From assembly GCA_037441675.1 (NCBI GenBank), contig JBBIRS010000003.1, forward strand, positions 96,001 to 160,000: DNA of 64,000 bases, given 5' to 3'. Of this stretch, positions 60,033 through 64,000 are shown piece after piece. Source of the stretch: Planctomycetales bacterium. GTDB taxonomy: Bacteria > 4484-113. The position numbers were made by a program, and so were the translations under genes. Positions within the stretch are counted from its first letter, which is position 1, and every line of letters starts with the position of its first letter. The notes beneath the pieces were generated by a model. That model did no database searches. It saw only the letters and a program-made list of their open reading frames with translations, and was not told the DNA's origin.

Positions 60033-60905
60033 CTACGTCAACTCGCGCGAAAATGCCTGTGACAACTGACGAAGCTTCCCGAGTATCTCGGAAAAGTCCT
60101 CAATAGTTAATGACTGCTTGCCATCAGATAGGGCGCTTGTTGGCTCGGGGTGAACTTCCACAAGCGCTCCATCTGCGCCAATGGCTAGGGCAGACTTTAG
60201 CGCAGATTCAATGTATTCGGTTAACCCAAGGGAATGGCTCGGATCAACCAGAATAGGCAAGTGGCTTACACGCTTCACAATCGCTACTGCCATTAAATCA
60301 AGCGTATTTCTCTGCGCAGGGTCGAACGTTCTTATCCCACGCTCGCAAAGGATGACTTTATCGTTTCCACCAGCAAGGATGTATTCGGCGCTCATCAGAA
60401 GCTCATAGATGCTATTTCCAAAACCGCGCTTTAAGAGAACCGGCTTTTGAGTTGTGCCAATAAACTTGAGCAGTGGAAAATTCTGCATATTTCTGCTACC
60501 AATTTGGATAACATCAGCGACATCAAGAACTTTCTCCGTATCCGCAATTGACATAAGCTCTGTGACAATATTCAAGCCTGTTTCTTCCTTGACCTGAGCG
60601 ATTATCTTCAAGCCTTCCTCTTGCAAGCCTTGGAAAGAATGGGGAGAAGTTCTGGGCTTGTAAGCTCCTCCGCGGATAGCTTTTAAGCCAACTGACTTAA
60701 GGAAATGGGCGATTTTACTGAACTGCTCGTAACTTTCCACCGCGCAGGGGCCTGCAATAAGCGTGAAACTACCATCACCAACGGTTAAACCTCGAAGGGC
60801 AACATTCGTTTGCAATTTATCTTCACGTTTGCCTGCGAGTGGATAGCTCTTTGGGTCATGAATTGCTGTCAACGGGAATTCAAAAGTGCCTAACTCATCT
60901 TCCAT
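60033..60905 (-). CDS. aroF: DAHP synthase (class I-beta)
   Basis: IAGPCAVES, GGAYKPRTSP.SFQG, QIGSRNMQNF, LCERGIR, DPSH, EVHP...SDG.Q. Confidence 0.95.
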   Translation of the reverse strand: MEDELGTFEFPLTAIHDPKSYPLAGKREDKLQTNVALRGLTVGDGSFTLIAGPCAVESYEQFSKIAHFLKSVGLKAIRGGAYKPRTSPHSFQGLQEEGLKIIAQVKEETGLNIVTELMSIADTEKVLDVADVIQIGSRNMQNFPLLKFIGTTQKPVLLKRGFGNSIYELLMSAEYILAGGNDKVILCERGIRTFDPAQRNTLDLMAVAIVKRVSHLPILVDPSHSLGLTEYIESALKSALAIGADGALVEVHPEPTSALSDGKQSLTIEDFSEILGKLRQLSQAFSRELT

Positions 60906-60947
60906 AGAATTAACCCATCTATTTTATCACTTAAGTTTGAGGATTAT

Positions 60948-62009
60948 TTAGTCGGGCGCAATTGAAATGGCTAGGAGGGGGTCTTCACCCATGATAAGCG
61001 AGGTGTTAGCTAGAATATCAACGCTCTCTTGTTTTCCTCGTAAGTCAAAATAGAGAAGCCCAAGCACTATCTGCTCTATTGGAAGAGTTAGAGTCGAGAT
61101 GACTGCGTTCAGTGATTGAGAGGTACTATATACCCATAGTGGCATTTCACTGGGACGAAGGAGGAAAGCTTCTAACCCGATTCTACCGTGCTCAAAGTAG
61201 TAGCCCATGAGGATTAGCGCCATGCTGATTGGCGTTGCTATAATATATCTAATTAAGGTCATAAGAAACCAGGTAAGATTGAGTAACGCGACAATGTACC
61301 AAAAGTTGGCAAAGGAGAGTGAAAACGCCCTTCTGACGTTTCTTATTCCAGCAGAGATAATCCTTGAAGGAACTTTTTCAAATGCGATAATACCGTTCAT
61401 TGGGGCAATTAAGAAAACAAGCGCAATTGTCACCATAGACGCAAGTAGAACTAGCCCAAGAGAAATGAAAATAGCAATAACCTCTAATCCCGGAATAAAT
61501 CCCAAGTAGACGAAAAGGAGTGGAACTGTAAAGGCACCAATCACTAAAACCCCAAAGAAGAAATAACTAGATTGCGTGAGCCACCATTTCCTAAGGGCAA
61601 AACGCACGCATTCTAGAACTGTGGTTTCTCTTCCGAGGTATAAACTGCCCGCAAGGCGCGGTGGCGCTATTAGGATTATCGGATATACGAGAAGTAAGTA
61701 AGTTACAATTGTTAACGCGGAGAGAAGAAAGGACACTATCTCGGAAGGAGTAAAGGGTAAGTATATTGTTGATAAACTCTCAATGTCTTTGATTTCCATG
61801 AGGACATGGTAAACTTTGCTTGTGAAACGCGCGGAGAAGATCATTGCAGGCGGGTAGATTAGGATGAACAGCATCGCTAGTGGGACAAAGTGTAATCTAT
61901 AAATGTTGAACGCTCCAATGAAGATGCTTGTAAGGTCAAGTTTTCTCACTGGAAGGCTTTTATGCTGTTGAAGCTTTGTATTACTTGCTGGTGAGAACGT
62001 TTCTTCCAT
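60948..62009 (-). CDS. Hypothetical polytopic membrane protein
   Basis: About six hydrophobic segments; LLYFDLR..E C-terminal motif. Confidence 0.7.
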   Translation of the reverse strand: MEETFSPASNTKLQQHKSLPVRKLDLTSIFIGAFNIYRLHFVPLAMLFILIYPPAMIFSARFTSKVYHVLMEIKDIESLSTIYLPFTPSEIVSFLLSALTIVTYLLLVYPIILIAPPRLAGSLYLGRETTVLECVRFALRKWWLTQSSYFFFGVLVIGAFTVPLLFVYLGFIPGLEVIAIFISLGLVLLASMVTIALVFLIAPMNGIIAFEKVPSRIISAGIRNVRRAFSLSFANFWYIVALLNLTWFLMTLIRYIIATPISMALILMGYYFEHGRIGLEAFLLRPSEMPLWVYSTSQSLNAVISTLTLPIEQIVLGLLYFDLRGKQESVDILANTSLIMGEDPLLAISIAPD

Positions 62010-62251
62010 ATTATCCCGCGTTCGTTTAAGAGCAGATACTAATCTAGCTTCTCAAGTTTAGCATAATTTTTTTCTGATCTATATAACTGTCGGAGGTGAG
62101 GAGGTCTGAGAAGACGCAAACTTTCCGCAACTATAGTATCTCTAGCATTAAAGCTGATGGGATGCTATAATTTTGCCTGTAAGCTCCTTAACTAGAAGTT
62201 TCTTCGTTAAAAAAGGCTCAAATTCCTAAGTTATATTAAAGGAGGGCAATA

Positions 62252-62824
62252 ATGGAAGGTGAAGCCAAAGCCAAAGAAATTTTGAAGCAGTGCTGTGAAA
62301 AAATGGACGCGGCGCTTCAAAGACTTCAGGAAGAGTTTTCAAGACTTCGTGCGGGACGCGCCTCCGTTGGGCTAGTTGACCATATCTTAATTCCCGCCTA
62401 CGAGGATAAACTTCCGCTTAAACAGCTCGCCAGCATTACCACTCCTGATGCGGTCACGATTCAAATCACACCTTACGATAAAACAATAATCAAAAGCATT
62501 GAAAAGGGTATCGCGGATTCCCAGATAGGACTTACACCCATAAATGATGGAAGTGTGATCCGCATTAACATTCCGCCAATGACGGAGGAGAGAAGGAAGG
62601 ACGTGATAAAGGTGGCTGGCAAAATCGCAGAGGAGGGTAGGGTTGCCTTGAGGAATAATAGAAGGGATGCCAAGGAAGCCTTCCAGAAACTGGAGAAAAG
62701 CAAGGAAATAGGCGAGGATGAGTACCACTTTCTACTTGATGAGTTGGAAAAGGAGCTTGAAAAGAGAATGGAAAAACTAGAGGAGCTTTACAGAAAGAAG
62801 GAAACGGAAATTATGAACGGGTAA
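62252..62824 (+). CDS. frr: Ribosome recycling factor
   Basis: LRAGRA, P.DK, GLTP.NDG..IR..IPP.TEERR, RVALRN.RRD. Confidence 0.97.
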   Translation: MEGEAKAKEILKQCCEKMDAALQRLQEEFSRLRAGRASVGLVDHILIPAYEDKLPLKQLASITTPDAVTIQITPYDKTIIKSIEKGIADSQIGLTPINDGSVIRINIPPMTEERRKDVIKVAGKIAEEGRVALRNNRRDAKEAFQKLEKSKEIGEDEYHFLLDELEKELEKRMEKLEELYRKKETEIMNG

Positions 62825-63176
62825 GCGGATATTACGATCTGCTCCTTTTTGGGCTTGTACCATCTTCTATCTTGATAGCTTATCTTAATTCCAAGCGGGC
62901 TTTTTTGCGAGCATCTCTTTTCTCCACAAAATTTTATTACTTCGCAGGGACTTCTTCGCAGGGTCTTAAATGATGTTTAGCTTCAAAAGGTGGTAGTTCT
63001 CAACTCCCCAAGATTACTAAGCTTTTGCTTCCTATTCACCTTATCACCTTGCCTTCTTTGGCTCCCGTCGGCAAAGCACTTTCTTTTTCTCGCAGAGGGA
63101 CGTTTCTTACCCCTGTGACTTAAGTCATTTAAATAGACTGAGACTTAAATTTATTGTAAAATATATCACTAGTAGA

Positions 63177-64000
63177 ATGAGAAGCATAATCTCAAATTTT
63201 GTGCATTTGAGCCAAAGAATTTTATTCTACAATTCTAGATTTTTCTCTCTAAGCTTTGTTCTTCTTGGTTTGTTCACGTTCCTTGCGTCATTAATTTTTG
63301 CTAGCACAGAATTGGTCTATGCTCAATCGGCGGGTGAGGGTAGGAAAGTTTTTGAAGCCAATTGCACAACTTGTCATACCATCGGTGGAGGTGAAATTGC
63401 AGGCCCTGATCTTAAGGGAGTGGCGAAGAGAAGGGATAGTGAATGGCTCAGGAAATTTATCTCAGACCCGGGGAAAATGATAGCGGAGAAGGACGTAATT
63501 GCCCTTGAACTGCTTGGCAAATACAACTTTCCGATGCCGAAGATAGAGCTTACTGAAGATGAAATTTCAGCACTGATAGCTTTTTTTGAGGAGGAGAGCG
63601 GAATTCGCGCAAAGCCAGCGGTTGAGGAAGCTAAACCACTTGTGCCGACCGCACCACCTGCGACCGAGATTCAAGGCAGCGCTTCAGCTGGGTGGATTTT
63701 ATTTACTGGAGGCAAGCGGTTTGAAAAAGGCGCGCCAGCCTGTATTGCTTGTCATAATGCGGGGAAGCGCGGAACTTTTGGTGGTGGAACCCTGGGACCA
63801 GACTTAACGAAAGCCTATTCCAAGTACGGCAGAGATGGGATTATAACCGTGCTTTCTTCGCTACCCTTCCCAACAATGAGACCTATTTTTGCCCAAAGAA
63901 TGTTAACTCCTCAGGAGCAGGCTGATTTAAGAGCTTTCTTTGAGGAGATTGACGCGCAAAGCCCATCTCAAATGACGCTAGGTGTTGCGCTTATGGCTTT
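63177..64000 (+). CDS. Diheme cytochrome c (runs off the window end; absent from the ORF track)
   Basis: Open frame from ATG 63177 to the window end: hydrophobic leader, CTTCH..GPDL..W...I..P..MP, then CIACH..GGGTLGPDLT..PTM. Confidence 0.9.
   Translation, partial: MRSIISNFVHLSQRILFYNSRFFSLSFVLLGLFTFLASLIFASTELVYAQSAGEGRKVFEANCTTCHTIGGGEIAGPDLKGVAKRRDSEWLRKFISDPGKMIAEKDVIALELLGKYNFPMPKIELTEDEISALIAFFEEESGIRAKPAVEEAKPLVPTAPPATEIQGSASAGWILFTGGKRFEKGAPACIACHNAGKRGTFGGGTLGPDLTKAYSKYGRDGIITVLSSLPFPTMRPIFAQRMLTPQEQADLRAFFEEIDAQSPSQMTLGVALMA

Noticed and set aside
62825..63113. Short direct repeat CTTCGCAGGG and a possible minus-strand gene remnant
   Set aside because: Only two copies and no frame I can assign with confidence.
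1..64000. CRISPR array, transposase, integrase, reverse transcriptase or prophage genes
   Set aside because: No regularly spaced repeats or diagnostic motifs were seen by eye. Most short antisense ORFs in the track are shadows of real genes.

Overview
64 kb chromosomal window from a diderm, probably anaerobic bacterium. It carries a TonB/ExbBD uptake operon, many lipoproteins and a nine-heme cytochrome. Most genes are housekeeping (rsfS, pgk, mnmA, rlmB-type methylase, scpA, lipB, aroA, rpmH-rnpA-yidD-yidC-jag, hppA, aroF, frr), plus tRNA-Ala(GGC) and tRNA-Arg(TCT). An accessory block at ~12.8-20.8 kb holds an arsR-arsP-thioredoxin operon and a decayed Type III restriction-modification system. 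The most striking unexplained element is a ~355-nt, almost fully base-paired, multibranched RNA on the minus strand at 20799-21156. It has a consensus sigma70 promoter and a U8 tail, and I cannot assign it to a known RNA family. Two further structured-RNA candidates lie at ~44386-44510 and ~59817-59976. Two lipoproteins share a dockerin inserted in an FN3-like domain, and one also has a cohesin-like domain, suggesting a non-cellulosomal surface scaffold. Several pseudogenes (mod, res, DUF1538-like, P-II-like, DinB) and two genes missing from the ORF track (rpmH and a diheme cytochrome c running off the window end) were read from the sequence. No CRISPR array, transposase or integrase was seen. 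All family assignments come from motif recognition by eye; no searches were run.
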